Part shown: positions 45,469-58,500 of the stretch, piece by piece
How the letters are laid out: every line of letters starts with the position of its first letter
Position numbering within the stretch: the stretch's first letter is position 1
From: Macrostomum lignano
Lineage: Eukaryota
NCBI GenBank assembly: GCA_002269645.1
Contig: NIVC01002200.1
Location: 130,216 to 194,215 of the forward strand
Direction: 5' to 3'
DNA length: 64,000 nucleotides
Translations under genes and position numbers: made by a program
Notes under the pieces: model-generated
Database searches by the model: none
Seen by the model: only the letters and a program-made list of their open reading frames with translations
What the model was told of the DNA's origin: nothing

Positions 45469-48400
45469 ATGGCTCAGATGGCTAACAACAGGCAGAGACA
45501 GCAGCAGCAGCGCGGCGCCGACAGCGACGAACAGGAGATTGCCTCGCGCACTGTGCAGGTTCAATCGAAGCGGTTCTACCTAGACGTAAAGCAGAATAGA
45601 CGTGGCCGCTTCTTGAAGATAGCCGAAGTTGGATCTAACGGTCAGAAGAGTCGCATCCTGATGAGTATGAGCTCCACTACGGAGTTTCGCGATAAACTAT
45701 CCGAGTTAGTGAAGTTTTACAAGCAGCTTGAGGCCGGCGGAGCGACTGGTGACCATGGCAACGGGCCGAGATTCAAGTCAGAGTCTATGGTGAAGTGAGT
45801 AAACTCATTGGCTTACGCGTAAGAAAATTGCCGTGGGATTATAGTGCGATTCGCACCCATAAAGGCCAATCTCCAAGGTACAGAGTGTACATGCCTGACG
45901 ATTAGAAAATCAGGGCCGGTGTACACCCTGTGTGAGAGTGTGTGTGAGTGCGTGTCTGCGTACAGTATTGGCGCGTGTGAGACTCGTGGGATTCTACAGG
46001 TAAGTGTAGAATGTAGAGTGTAGTGCAAAAATGTACTGAGGGAACCCGGCACACCGCAGGGACAACCGCCGCTACTACCTCGACTTGAAGGAGAATCAGC
46101 GGGGCAAATTTCTACGCGTAGCTCAACAGGTACCGCAGACTGGAATGCGCAGCCAGATCGCTATGCCAGCTGAGGGCATGTCGGAGCTCAAGGAGAAGCT
46201 CACCGAGCTCATTGAGGAGTGCGGCACGGACGATCTGGGCGGTGAGCATAACGATGAGTGTCTATCCTGTTCAGTGAGCTCTGCTGCCTACCCAACTCAT
46301 GTCAGTCAGTGAGCTCCGCTGCCTACCCAACTCATATCAGTCAGTGAGCTCCGCTGCCTACCCAACTCTGATCAGTCAGTGAGCTCCGCTGCCTACCCAA
46401 CTCATATCAGTCAGTGAGCTCCGCTGCCTACCCAACTCTGATCAGTCAGTGAGCTCTGCTGCCTACCCAACTCATGTCAGTCAGTGAGCTCCGCTGCCTA
46501 CCCAACTCATGTCAGTGAGCTCCGCTGCCTACCCAACTCATGTCAGTCAGTGAGCTCCGCTGCCTACCCAACTCAGTCAGTGAGCTCCGCTGCCTACCCA
46601 ACTCATGTCAGTGAGCTCCGCTGCCTACCCAACTCATGTCAGTCAGTGAGCTCCGCTGCCTACCCAACTCATGGCAGTCAGTAAGCTCCGCTGCCTACCC
46701 AACTCAGTCAGTGAGCTCCGCTGCCTACCCAACTCATGTCAGTCAGTGAGCTCCGCTGCCTACCCAACTCAGTCAGTCAGTGGGCTCCGCTGCCTACCCA
46801 ACTCAGTCAGTGAGCTCCGCTGCCTACCCAACTCATATCAGTCAGTGAGCTCCGCTGCCTACCCAACTCATGGCAGTCAGTAAGCTCCGCTGCCTACCCA
46901 ACTCTGATCAGTCAGTGAGCTCTGCTGCCTACCCAACTCATGTCAGTCAGTGAGCTCCGCTGCCTACCCAACTCATATCAGTCAGTGAGCTCCGCTGCCT
47001 ACCCAACTCATATCAGTCAGTGAGCTCCGCTGCCTACCCAACTCATGTCAGTCAGTGAGCTCCGCTGCCTACCCAACTCATGTCAGTGAGCTCCGCTGCC
47101 TACCCAACTCATGTCAGTCAGTGAGCTCCGCTGCCTACCCAACTCAGTCAGTGAGCTCCGCTGCCTACCCAACTCATGTCAGTGAGCTCCGCTGCCTACC
47201 CAACTCATGTCAGTCAGTGAGCTCCGCTGCCTACCCAACTCATGGCAGTCAGTAAGCTCCGCTGCCTACCCAACTCAGTCAGTGAGCTCCGCTGCCTACC
47301 CAACTCATGTCAGTCAGTGAGCTCCGCTGCCTACCCAACTCAGTCAGTCAGTGGGCTCCGCTGCCTACCCAACTCAGTCAGTGAGCTCCGCTGCCTACCC
47401 AACTCATGTCAGTCAGTGAGCTCCGCTGCCTACCCAACTCATGGCAGTCAGTAAGCTCCGCTGCCTACCCAACTCAGTCAGTGAGCTCCGCTGCCTACCC
47501 AACTCATGTCAGTGAGCTCCGCTGCCTACCCAACTCATGTCAGTCAGTGAGCTCCGCTGCCTACCCAACTCATGGCAGTCAGTAAGCTCCGCTGCCTACC
47601 CAACTCAGTCAGTGAGCTCCGCTGCCTACCCAACTCATGTCAGTCAGTGAGCTCCGCTGCCTACCCAACTCAGTCAGTCAGTGGGCTCCGCTGCCTACCC
47701 AACTCAGTCAGTGAGCTCCGCTGCCTACCCAACTCAGTCAGTCAGTGGGCTCCGCTGCCTACCCAACTCAGTTAGTGAGCTCCGCTATCTAGGTCTTACT
47801 AATAGAGTAAATCTCCAGTGTGCACAATCTAAAATCTAGCCTATTCAAATTAGTTTACACTCTTCTGCTATGCTAAAACGCTCGCGCAAAAGTTTCTGCC
47901 CTGCCCTGACCCAGCACGAGCGAGCACCTTTTTCTTATTTTACCATATTTTCCATGGCAACTAAGCGTACAGTGTTCGAAATTGCTTGTTCATCACGCTT
48001 TACATTTGCACCAGGCCAAATGTTGAGTACAAATTGAGGGTAGAGGGTGGTAGAGAGAGAGAGACCGCCCACCGTACTCTTGAGTAGAATAACTTTTGTG
48101 GTCGCCTACTTGGCTATTCAAAAGAAATAAATTTTTAGCATCTAGTCAAAGAAAATCAGGTGGTACGTATAAAACAGACGACTGCTAATTACGGAGATAA
48201 ATAAAAGAAGCAGTTTAAAAGCCAGCTGAAAAAGGCGATAGAAGTTTAACACAGCGGTAGACAGCTGAAGGAAGACCGCAACACAGAGAAAGCAAGCAGC
48301 AGAAGGAAGACCGCAACACAGAGAAAGCAAGCAGCAGAAGGAAGACCGCAACACAGAGAAAGCAAGCAGCAGAAGGAAGACCGCAACACAGAGAAAGCAA

Positions 48401-51400
48401 GCAGCAGAAGGAAGACCGCAACACAGAGAAAGCAAGCAGCAGAAGGAAGACCGCAACACAGAGAAAGCAAGCAGCAGAAGGAAGACCGCAACACAGAGAA
48501 AGCAAGCAGCAGAAGGAAGACCGCAACACAGAGAAAGCAAGCAGCAGAAGGAAGACCGCAACACAGAGAAAGCAAGCAGCTGAAGGAAGACCGCAACACA
48601 GAGAAAGCAAGCAGCAGAAGGAAGACCGCAACACAGAGAAAGCAAGCAGCAGAAGGAAGACCGCAACACAGAGAAAGCAAGCAGCAGAAGGAAGACCGCA
48701 ACACAGAGAAAGCAAGCAGCAGAAGGAAGACCGCAACACAGAGAAAGCAAGCAGCTGAAGGAAGACCGCAACACAAAGAAAGCAAGCAGCAGAAGGAAGA
48801 CCGCAACACAGAAAGCAAGCAGCAGAAGGAAGACCGCAACACAGAAAGCAAGCAGCAGAAGGAAGACCGCAACACAGAGCAAGCAAGCAGCAGAAGGAGA
48901 CCGCAACACATAGAAAGCAAGCAATATCCAATGGCGCAGAACATGCTGCGCGTAGCAGAACTGGAGGAGCAGCTGCGGATTAACGAACAGTCCCTATACG
49001 TGATGGATCGCAGCGAGACGGCGAAGCGACAGCAGTTGGTGGCGGAAATTCGCCGACTGGACGTCGCCATCACCCGGCTGAAGCGGGAGGACAACGCCAG
49101 GGCTCGGGTGCAGGGCCGCGGTCTGCCCTTCCCAGATATTGATAGGAATAATGAGTCAGCGACTTGCGTTGCTCTGTGATGCCTTTCTCTATCTCTATCG
49201 CCTTCGTTAGTGTTTAAACGCTAGCTATAGCTGCATCTATAATTATTTTGTTTATGAGTTTTTTTCTTCTCTTCTTCTCAAGATTATTATGTTATGAGAC
49301 AGTCATATTGTAAGTTTATTAAGAAAATTGTCTTCCATGATATTCAATAAAGTAATCTGAGTTTATCGTGCGAGTAATCTAAGTTTATCATGAGAGTAAT
49401 CTGAGTTTATCATGAGAGTAATCTGAGTTTATCGTGAGAGTAATCTGGGTTTATCATGAGAGTGATCTAAGTTTATCATGAGAGTAATCTGAGTTTATCG
49501 TGAGAGTAATCTGGGTTTATCATGAGAGTAATCTGAGTTTATCATAAGAGTAATCTGAGTTTATCATGAGAGTGATCTAATTTTATCATAAGAGTAATCT
49601 GAGTTTATCGTGAGAGTAATCTGGGTTTATCATGAGAGTAATCTGAGTTTATCATGAGAGTAATCTAATTTTATCATGAGAGAAATCTGAGTTTATCATG
49701 AGAGTAATCTGAGTTTATCATGAGAGTAGTCTGAGTTTATCATAAGAGTGATCTGAGTTTATCATGAGAGTGATCTAAGTTTATCATGAGAGTAATCTGA
49801 GTTTATCATGAGAGTAATCTGGGTTTATCATGAGAGTGATCTAAGTTTATCATAAGAGTAATCTGAGTTTATCGTGAGAGTAATCTGGGTTTATCATGAG
49901 AGTGATCTAAGTTTATCATGAGAGTAATCTGAGTTTATCGTGAGAGTAATCTGGGTTTATCATGAGAGTAATCTGAGTTTATCATGAGAGTAATCTGAGT
50001 TTATCATGAGAGTAATCTGAGTTTATCATGAGAGTAATCTGAGTTTATCATAAGAGTAATCTGAGTTTATCATGAGAGTAATCTGAGTTTATCATGAGAG
50101 TAATCTGAGTTTATCATGAGAGTAATCTGGGTTTATCATGAGAGTGATCTAAGTTTATCATGAGAGTAATTTGAGTTTATCATGAGAGTAATCTGAGTTT
50201 ATCGTGAGAGTAATCTGGGTTTATCATGAGAGTAATCTGAGTTTATCATGAGGGTAGTATGAGTTTATCATGAGAGTAATCTGAGTTTATCATGAGAGTA
50301 ATCTGAGTTTATCATGAGAGTAATCTGAGTTTATCATGAGAGTAATCTGGGTTTATCATGAGAGTGATCTAAGTTTATCATGAGAGTAATTTGAGTTTAT
50401 CATGAGAGTAATCTGAGTTTATCGTGAGAGTAATCTGGGTTTATCATGAGAGTAATCTGAGTTTATCATGAGGGTAGTATGAGTTTATCATGAGAGTAAT
50501 CTGAGTTTATCATGAGGGTAGTATGAGTTTATAATGAAAGTAATCTCAGATTGTCGTGGGAGTCACTAAAATTGTCATAGTTATTCGAAAAAAAGCTCCT
50601 GAGATCAAAGTTTCTTTGAGATTTGAGTCATACTAATCAAATTAGATTACTTTAGAACTTTTTCATAATTTCATGACGAGATTCTCCTGTTTTAATCGTT
50701 AGAGATCATCCTTCCAAGGGTTATCATGAGAGTTCTCTCCCTAGTCGTTGTAGGCTTAGTGGTTAGAGCGTCGGACTCGCGGCTGAAAGGTCAGGGGTTC
50801 GATTCTCGATCCACTCGGAACAGTTTGTGTCCTTGAGCAAGACACCTATGCATTGCTTCAGTTCACCCAGCTGTAAAATGGGTAATTAAGGGTGTGTGTG
50901 GCGACCCTCCAGTCCTAAAGCCGTACGCAGCCTTTTAAATGCGCCTCGCAATAGCTGCGGCTGAGCTGTTGGTTGCACATCTGCCCATTAGTGCAGTTGT
51001 AATAAAAAGTATAATTGCTAGCTCCTGTCTCACAGCAAAACTACAAAACAGAATCTGCATGTATACCCCACTAAAAAAGACACTGCATTTTTATGCCATA
51101 TACTCGTAGTTTACTATAAGTAGCTGATAGAATACCCGAAATAACAACCGTCCACTGTGTCCAGATGGCGTCGAACAGCTGCCCGGGCCGAAGTCGTTTC
51201 GCGCAATGGGCAAAATTTTCTACTTCGATGTTGGCGCCAACCGTCGGGGCACGTTTCTGCGCGTGTCCGAGGTTCACGCGAGCTATCGCACAGCGGTGAC
51301 CGTGCCAGACAAATGCTGGGCTAATATGCGCGACATACTCAATGAGCTCATTGAGAACGACAGCAAACAGCCGGCCGCTCCTGAGGCAGCTAAAAATTGA
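45469..51400 (+). CDS. PURA: Pur-alpha (three PUR repeats), 247 aa, 3 exons
   Basis: Exons 45469-45794, 46060-46241 and 51165-51400 (phases 2 and 1, 744 nt). PUR repeat motifs: [43 protein letters not shown] and [21 protein letters not shown]. Confidence 0.93.
46265..47790. repeat. 27-35-bp intronic minisatellite (CAGTCAGTGAGCTCCGCTGCCTACCCAACTCATGT)n
   Basis: Starts ~25 nt after the PURA exon 2 donor. Internal blocks are repeated, e.g. 46484-46883 is similar to 47055-47454. Confidence 0.96.
48260..48925. repeat. 35-bp minisatellite (GAAGGAAGACCGCAACACAGAGAAAGCAAGCAGCA)n
   Basis: About 19 copies ending a few nt before ATG 48931. Confidence 0.96.
48931..49179 (+). CDS. Small 82-aa putative coiled-coil ORF nested in PURA intron 2
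   Basis: GC-rich, ATG-initiated ORF in an AT-rich intron. TATAAAA at ~48168 upstream and AATAAA at ~49346 downstream. No recognisable family. Confidence 0.4.
   Translation: MAQNMLRVAELEEQLRINEQSLYVMDRSETAKRQQLVAEIRRLDVAITRLKREDNARARVQGRGLPFPDIDRNNESATCVAL
49355..50540. repeat. 22-bp minisatellite (GAGAGTAATCTGAGTTTATCAT)n
   Basis: About 53 copies in PURA intron 2. Confidence 0.96.
50744..51015 (+). mobile_element. tRNA-derived SINE with CORE-like central domain
   Basis: A box taggcttagtggttagagcg and B box ggttcgattct, then tgtgtccttgagcaagacac...cagctgtaaaatgggta (resembles the CORE/MIR central domain) and an A-rich end. Confidence 0.7.
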
Positions 51401-54400
51401 ATTGGGAAAAACAGTAGCAAACGAAAATACAGACAGAGATTAGTTATCGCACGTTTTTGCTTGAGTTATTGGATTTTTATTATCTTGTTTTTTAACTGGT
51501 CGGGTTGTTTGTGTTGTAATAAATATTAATACATTAATGTCCTTTTTCATCTAGTTGCGTTATTCAATTAAAGAGACGGCCTAATCTGTCCTTGTGTTTT
51601 GCAGCCTCTTTTTTATAACTATTTATTCATTTTAGAAAAATGCTACTATTAGTAGTGTCATTAAGATTGGTTTGGTTAAGAATTCAAGTTTCTGCCAGTT
51701 TTAATGATTATATAAACCTAGGTCCTAGGATGTGTCCACTCTTGTCCAATAGCAAGCAGAGTTAGTGAGATTGACTAAAAAAATCTTTTTAAAAATCCGC
51801 GATTATCGACCAAAGTTCAGTAGCTTAAACGCGCATTGACCGTATTTTTTGTTGTGAAAACATTGTTTCAATCCACACAACTCCACCCACCACTCTTCAT
51901 CCCGACTCAACTCAACAGAATCTAGTAAAGTTAAGAAAATTTGACTGCACTAATCTTAATTATGTTACTATTAGTAGCGTCAAAAGGACCTCTCTCCGTA
52001 TTTTGTCTGCTCTATTTTTGTCAATCTGTTACTTGTTTCATCGTCTTCCCGGGGAGCAATGAAAGCCAAGACACACTATTTGAAAACTACGACGAATAAC
52101 AACAAATCTGAGCCAGTATTGCTTACTTTAATTAAATTTTGCTGTACGGTTTTCTCCCAGTAACCTTGCTTGTCATAATTACTTCAAAAATAATTATCGT
52201 CAAACCCTCGATGTAGTCGCATTTTTTCACTCTCTAATTTGCCTTACACTTGATTCTTAGAAAGCGGCTTACTATAATATAATTGTTTTTTTTATTTAGT
52301 TAGTGATGAAATGTAGTTAATACACCCATACTGTGTTTTCATAAACTACGAGTATATTGGATGCTTAAACCAAACTGCGACTAATTCATTGTTATTGACG
52401 CTAATTTCTGTAGCGTATCAGCTCGATCAACCATTACAGCTAAGTATTTGATGATCAATGATTTTTTGTAGCTTTTTTCTCTAACTATATATCATTTTTA
52501 TCGTTGAAACTGCATGCGGAAAATTGGTTTGAAAATTGTTAGTGTGAGCTAATTAACCTGTCAGCGCTTTTGTTTCGGTTTGGCTGATTTATTGTCATCA
52601 TTTTCTCCGTGTGTTTTCTTTTTATAAATATAACTTTGATGCTACAACAAAACTCCGTTTGGTGACTGCTTGTCTCTGATTTTGTCTCGTTCGGCTATTA
52701 AATTGCTGAAAAATATTAAACCGAGAAACAATGGTTTGCTTTGGTTTATTTTACACCTGTAGGCGAGATGGATTTACATGAAGCGACTTCAATGATTGCT
52801 AATCCGACTGGGTCGCTTATTTTTCGTATCGATAGTGCATTTAGTAAGCTCTAGCCACAGATACTATAGTAGCTCAGGGCCACTCAGCACATTTGCGTGT
52901 AAGCTACTTTCAGTTCAGTAGTAAGTTAAACCGAAGCATTTTAATGTATTTTAAAGCCAAAGTTCATTTATTGGCTCTTAACCCCCTTAAACCCTCCCTC
53001 CAACCGGCCGCCCCGCCCCAATTTTTATTGTCTTTCTCGGAATTCCAGCCCAAAGCTGCCATGTACATTTCAGTGGACTGGCTAATGTACATTATTGCTG
53101 AACCAATTAGCAAGTTATTCACGCCAAAGATCATATAAGATCTATGGTTTACGCCTGAAAGCTTGGGCTTTTAAACCTGGGTTTTTAGGCCTTTTTTATC
53201 AAATAGCTTATATATTCTTCTTTGCTACTGAACCGAAAGTAGAAAGCTGTTTTACTAAGTATATATGCCTGTCTGTGTGGCCTATCTAGTCATTTTAGTA
53301 TCTGTGGCACTAGCTAGACCGAACGCATAGCTCTCTGAATGGGGTCTCGCCCTAGACACATTGTTGTGACCTTAGGATACACACCGGTCCCGCCAACAGC
53401 CCAGGAAACTCAATCTTTTGTTGCCAAGGCTGCAGTGAGGCGCAGTGCTGATTGGTCGCACAGGGGCGTATTGAATATACTAGCGCTTATGGGAAAAGTT
53501 CGACCTTCTGGCAAAATCGTTGTATATCTCTCGACAGTCCGGAGGGCTGGCCACACTTGATTCTTGTTTGAGAAGGTGCGCAACAAAAAGTTCTCTGTGT
53601 TCTGGAATTCCGTGTGCCTGCGTTGCTGCGTTCCGGTGCAGCAAACATTGTCAGGGGGATTCGATTCCCCCTTTGGTAGTTCCACGGGCGGAAAATGGCT
53701 TAACATTCCTACTGTTAATTAGCCGACCTTTTTGATTATTATTTCTCCCCTCATCGTCAACCTATTAATCATGAAAATAGCTTTTACAGAGAGACACTTC
53801 TGATCTTGATGAAGACCGTCAGTCCGCTACGCACAGCGTGCAATTAAAGATTGTGCATGCTAATGGCAGTCTATCATTAAACGAATTCACTACAGACTTC
53901 GCAACGCATTATCAGCTATTTAGTATAGCTTTACTATGCAAATCAATCCTGATGGATTTCGGTCCATGCAGTATTGGTTTTACTCCGGGAGCCAATTAAT
54001 CCCTCCCGAATCTCTGTGCGACCGAATCTCTGTACGTGTATCTTTAATACTCTCATAGCCCCCCCCCCAGTATGAGTAAGTGATAGCAAAGTCTGGCTGA
54101 TAGACAATTTGCATTGCAAAGTGCTTGCTCTCTCTCAGCTCTTATAGTCTTAGCGATGGAGAATCAAGGAGACTGAGAGGACTCGCATAGCTCTGCACTG
54201 GTTCCGTGCTCAGCATTGGTGGCGGTGGCTCTGCAGCCTCCCCCGAGCACACCCAATATCCCCCCGCTAGCTGACTGGCAGAGATTTACAATGGGTCGGG
54301 GATCAGTACTGTGGCTGTCAGTTAGCAGAAGTGCCAGTGTCCAAATCGAATAAAGAGCCCCATGAGAGTTTGGCTTGCAAATTCCCCTATTTGGGAATTT

Positions 54401-55549
54401 TCCGAGGGAAAGTCCAGCCCGAAGTGATCATCTCTCGGGAGTAAACTGCTCTCGTGTCGGAAGTAGAGCTTGAGCTGCAACTGATCGACTCGCTAGCAGC
54501 TTGTACGCTGTCTTAGAACTGCACTTTATATTCGGAATTTTTGGTGCGCTAGGGCGTGAGAGACAGCTAGACTGCCGTAGCTTTGCAGCTCTGCGGGATC
54601 CCGTGTCTGCTGTCTAACCCCTCCCTTCCCCTCGCATCCCCCTCAGAGTGGCAGAGAAAAATTGCCGATTAACGCCAAAAGATTTGCATCTGTCAGATTT
54701 TCTGCCCCGGCCCCTCCAGTCCAACCCTACCTCCCTCGCCATTCCACACCCGACCAAGGAGGCCGAGAACCAGAAATTGGAGTAAGCAGCTCTTCCACAA
54801 ACACCTCCCCAGTTTTCAGACAACTTAACTGTCAAGTCCGACTGGAGTTTTCCAATTTTTATAGCTTCAGTAAAATGACTTTAGAGTGTAAACTGAGAAA
54901 CTGCAGCCAGCCCAGACACTTGTCTGAAAACTGGTTGGGTAGCTGTTTTGGGGAAAAGCTGCCACTCCGTTCCGGGACCTGTGTCTTTAATACTCCTTGA
55001 CCCAACCTGCGCCGCTACGGGTTCACTCTGAAGTTCTCCCAGCACCGCCAGGGAGGGGAATGAAGGGGAATGGACGAAAAAGGCCAACCACCCCATGCAT
55101 ATAGGGGTGATGAGGAAATGGAAGACCGCCCTGCCGCCGGATTAAGCAGTAGATATATATAGAGATAGCTAGATATATACTCTGAATATATTCTACACGG
55201 CTTCATAGGATTCGGTGGGAGACGCAGCGCCTCGGGATTGGTTGGGGCTGGGGGGAGGAGAGAGGGGGAGAGAGGATAAAACGGATCCAAGAGGAGAAGA
55301 GGCGGCAGGCATAGCTGGCATCCCAAACTATAAAATAGTCCTCCCAGCCACCGCAGCGGCAACAGATCATTGCCAATTTCTCCTGTATAGCAACTTTGCC
55401 GTCTCCGATCGATAGCTAAAACTTTTCTAATCCCCTGCGTATAAAAAGTTTTTTCTCTGTGTCCGAGAGAAGCTCAGAAAAGTTTTGCCGCAGGTTGGCC
55501 ACCCAGCAGCACCCGGACGCGCTAGTCTTGCTGAACCACAGCCGGTGGC

Positions 55550-58500
55550 ATGCCTTCGGGCTTGGCCGCCGCTTCACCGCTGCTGCTGCTGCCGCTGCTG
55601 CTGCTGCCGCTGCTGAGTCCTGTCCGCGCCCAGACTCAGGCCGACGACAATTCCAATTCCGCCCGTTTGTCAAGCGCTATTCGTCGACTAACGCAAAACT
55701 ATGACAACAGGCTTAGGCCTAACTTTGGCAGTGAGAACTCCGTTACTATGATGCTATTGTTACCTGCTCCCGTTCTTTATTGACTGACAACCTGCCGAAT
55801 TCGTCACTTTTGCACATAGCTCTGCTACTCCCTTAATTTTCAAAATGTGCTGCATCACACCCTATTTTATTCCATGTCTACTCTCCATCTCATCCCGTCT
55901 ATTCCCCATCTCACCCTGTCTATTCCACATCTCACCCTGTCTATTCCACATCTCACCCTGTCTATTCCACATCTCACCCTGTCTATTCCACATCTCACCC
56001 TGTCTATTCCCCATCTCACCCTGTCTATTCCCCATCTCCTTCTGTCTATTCCCCATCTCCCTCTGTCTCTCCCTTCTCCTTCTGTCTATTCCACATCTCA
56101 CCCTGTCTATTCCACATCTCACCCTGTCTATTCCACATCTCACCCTGTCTATTCCCCATCTCACCCTGTCTATTCCCAATCTCCTTCTGTCTATTCCCCA
56201 TCTCCCTCTGTCTCTCCCTTCTCCTTCTGTCTATTCCACATCTCACCCTGTCTATTCCACATCTCACCCTGTCTATTCCACATCTCACCCTGTCTATTCC
56301 ACATCTCACCCTGTCTATTCCCCATCTCACCCTGTCTATTCCCCATCTCCTTCTGTCTATTCCCCATCTCCCTCTGTCTCTCCCTTCTCCTTCTGTCTAT
56401 TCCACATCTCACCCTGTCTATTCCACATCTCACCCTGTCTATTCCCCATCTCACCCTGTCTATTCCACATCTCACCCTGTCTATTCCACATCTCACCCTG
56501 TCTATTCCCCATCTCACCCTGTCTATTCCCCATCTCCTTCTGTCTATTCCCCATCTCCCTCTGTCTCTCCCTTCTCCTTCTGTCTATTCCACATCTCACC
56601 CTGTCTATTCCACATCTCACCCTGTCTATTCCACATCTCACCCTGTCTATTCCACATCTCACCCTGTCTATTCCCCATCTCACCCTGTCTATTCCCCATC
56701 TCACCCTGTCTATTCCACATCTCACCCTGTCTATTCCACATCTCACCCTGTTTATTCCACATCTCTTCTGTCTATTCCCCATCTCCCTCTGTCTCTCCCT
56801 TCTCCTTCTGTCTATTCCACATCTCACCCTGTCTATTCCACATCTCACCCTGTCTATTCCCCATCTCACCCTGTCTATTCCACATCTCACCCTGTCTATT
56901 CCACATCTCACCCTGTCTATTCCACATCTCACCCTGTCTACTCTCCATCTCATCCCGTCTATTCCCCATCTCATCCCGTCTATTCCCCATCTCACCCTGT
57001 CTATTCCACATCTCACCCTGTCTATTCCACATCTCACCCTGTCTATTCCTCATCTCATCCTGTCTATTCCACATCTCACTCTGTCTATTCCACATCTCAC
57101 CCTGTCTATTCCCCATCTCACCCTGTCTATTCCACATCTCACCCTGTCTATTCCACATCTCCTTCTGTCTATTCCCCATCTCCCTCTTTCTCTCCCTTCT
57201 CCTTCTGTCTATTCCCCATCTCACCCTGTCTATTTCTCATATCATCCTGTCTATTCCACATCTCACCCTGTCTATTCCACATCTCCTTCTGTCTATTCCC
57301 CATCTCACCCTGTCTATTCCACATCTCCTTCTGTCTATTCCCCATCTCATCCTGTCTATTCCACATCTCACCCTGTCTATTCCACATCTCACCCTGTCTA
57401 TTCCCCATCTCACCCTGTCTATTCCCCATCTCCTTCTGTCTATTCCCCATCTCCCTCTGTCTCTCCCTTCTCCTTCTGTCTATTCCCCATCTCGCCCTGT
57501 CTATTCCACATCTCACCCTGTCTATTCCACATCTCACCCTGTCTATTCCCCATCTCATCCCGTCTATTCCCCATCTCATCCCGTCTATTCCCCATCTCAT
57601 CCCGTCTATTCCCCATCTCACCCTGTCTATTCCACATGTGTCTATTACACATCTCACTCTGTCTATTCCACATCTCACCCTGTCTATTCCCCATCTCATC
57701 CTGTCTATTCCACATCTCATCCCGTCTATTCCCCATCTCACCCTGTCTATTCCACATGTGTCTATTACACATCTCACTCTGTCTATTCCACATCTCACCC
57801 TGTCTATTCCCCATCTCACCCTGTCTATTCCACATCTCACCCTGTTTATTCCACATCTCCTTCTGTCTATTCCCCATCTCCCTCTGTCTCTCCCTTCTCC
57901 TTCTGTCTATTCCCCATCTCACCCTGTCTATTCCTCATCTCATCCTGTCTATTCCACATCTCACCCTGTCTATTCCACATCTCCTTCTGTCTATTCCCCA
58001 TCTCCCTCTGTCTCTCCCTTCTCCTTCTGTCTATTCCCCATCTCGCCCTGTCTATTCCACATCTCACCCTGTCTATTCCACATCTCACCCTGTCTATTCC
58101 CCATCTCATCCCGTCTATTCCCCATCTCATCCCGTCTATTCCCCATCTCATCCCGTCTATTCCCCATCTCACCCTGTCTATTCCCCATCTCGCCCTGTCT
58201 ATTCCACATCTCACCCTGTCTATTCCCCATCTCACCCTGTCTATTCCCCATCTCACCCTGTCTATTCCACATCTCACCCTGTCTATTCCACATCTCACCC
58301 TGTCTATTCCCTATCTCCTTCTGTCTATTCCCCATCTCCCTCTGTCTCTCCCTTCTCCTTCTGTCTATTCCACATCTCACCCTATCTATTCCACATCTCA
58401 CCCTGTCTATTCCCCATCTCACCCTGTCTATTCCACATCTCACCCTCTCTATTCCACTTCTCACCCTGTCTATTCCTCATCTCACCCTGTCTATTCCACA

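Noticed and set aside
47970-48120. CAGTGTTCGAAATT, a possible hAT-type left end before the nested ORF
   Set aside because: No matching inverted end or TSD was found downstream.
50744-50820. Functional tRNA gene
   Set aside because: A and B boxes are present, but I could not form a convincing acceptor stem, and the sequence continues into a SINE-type body.
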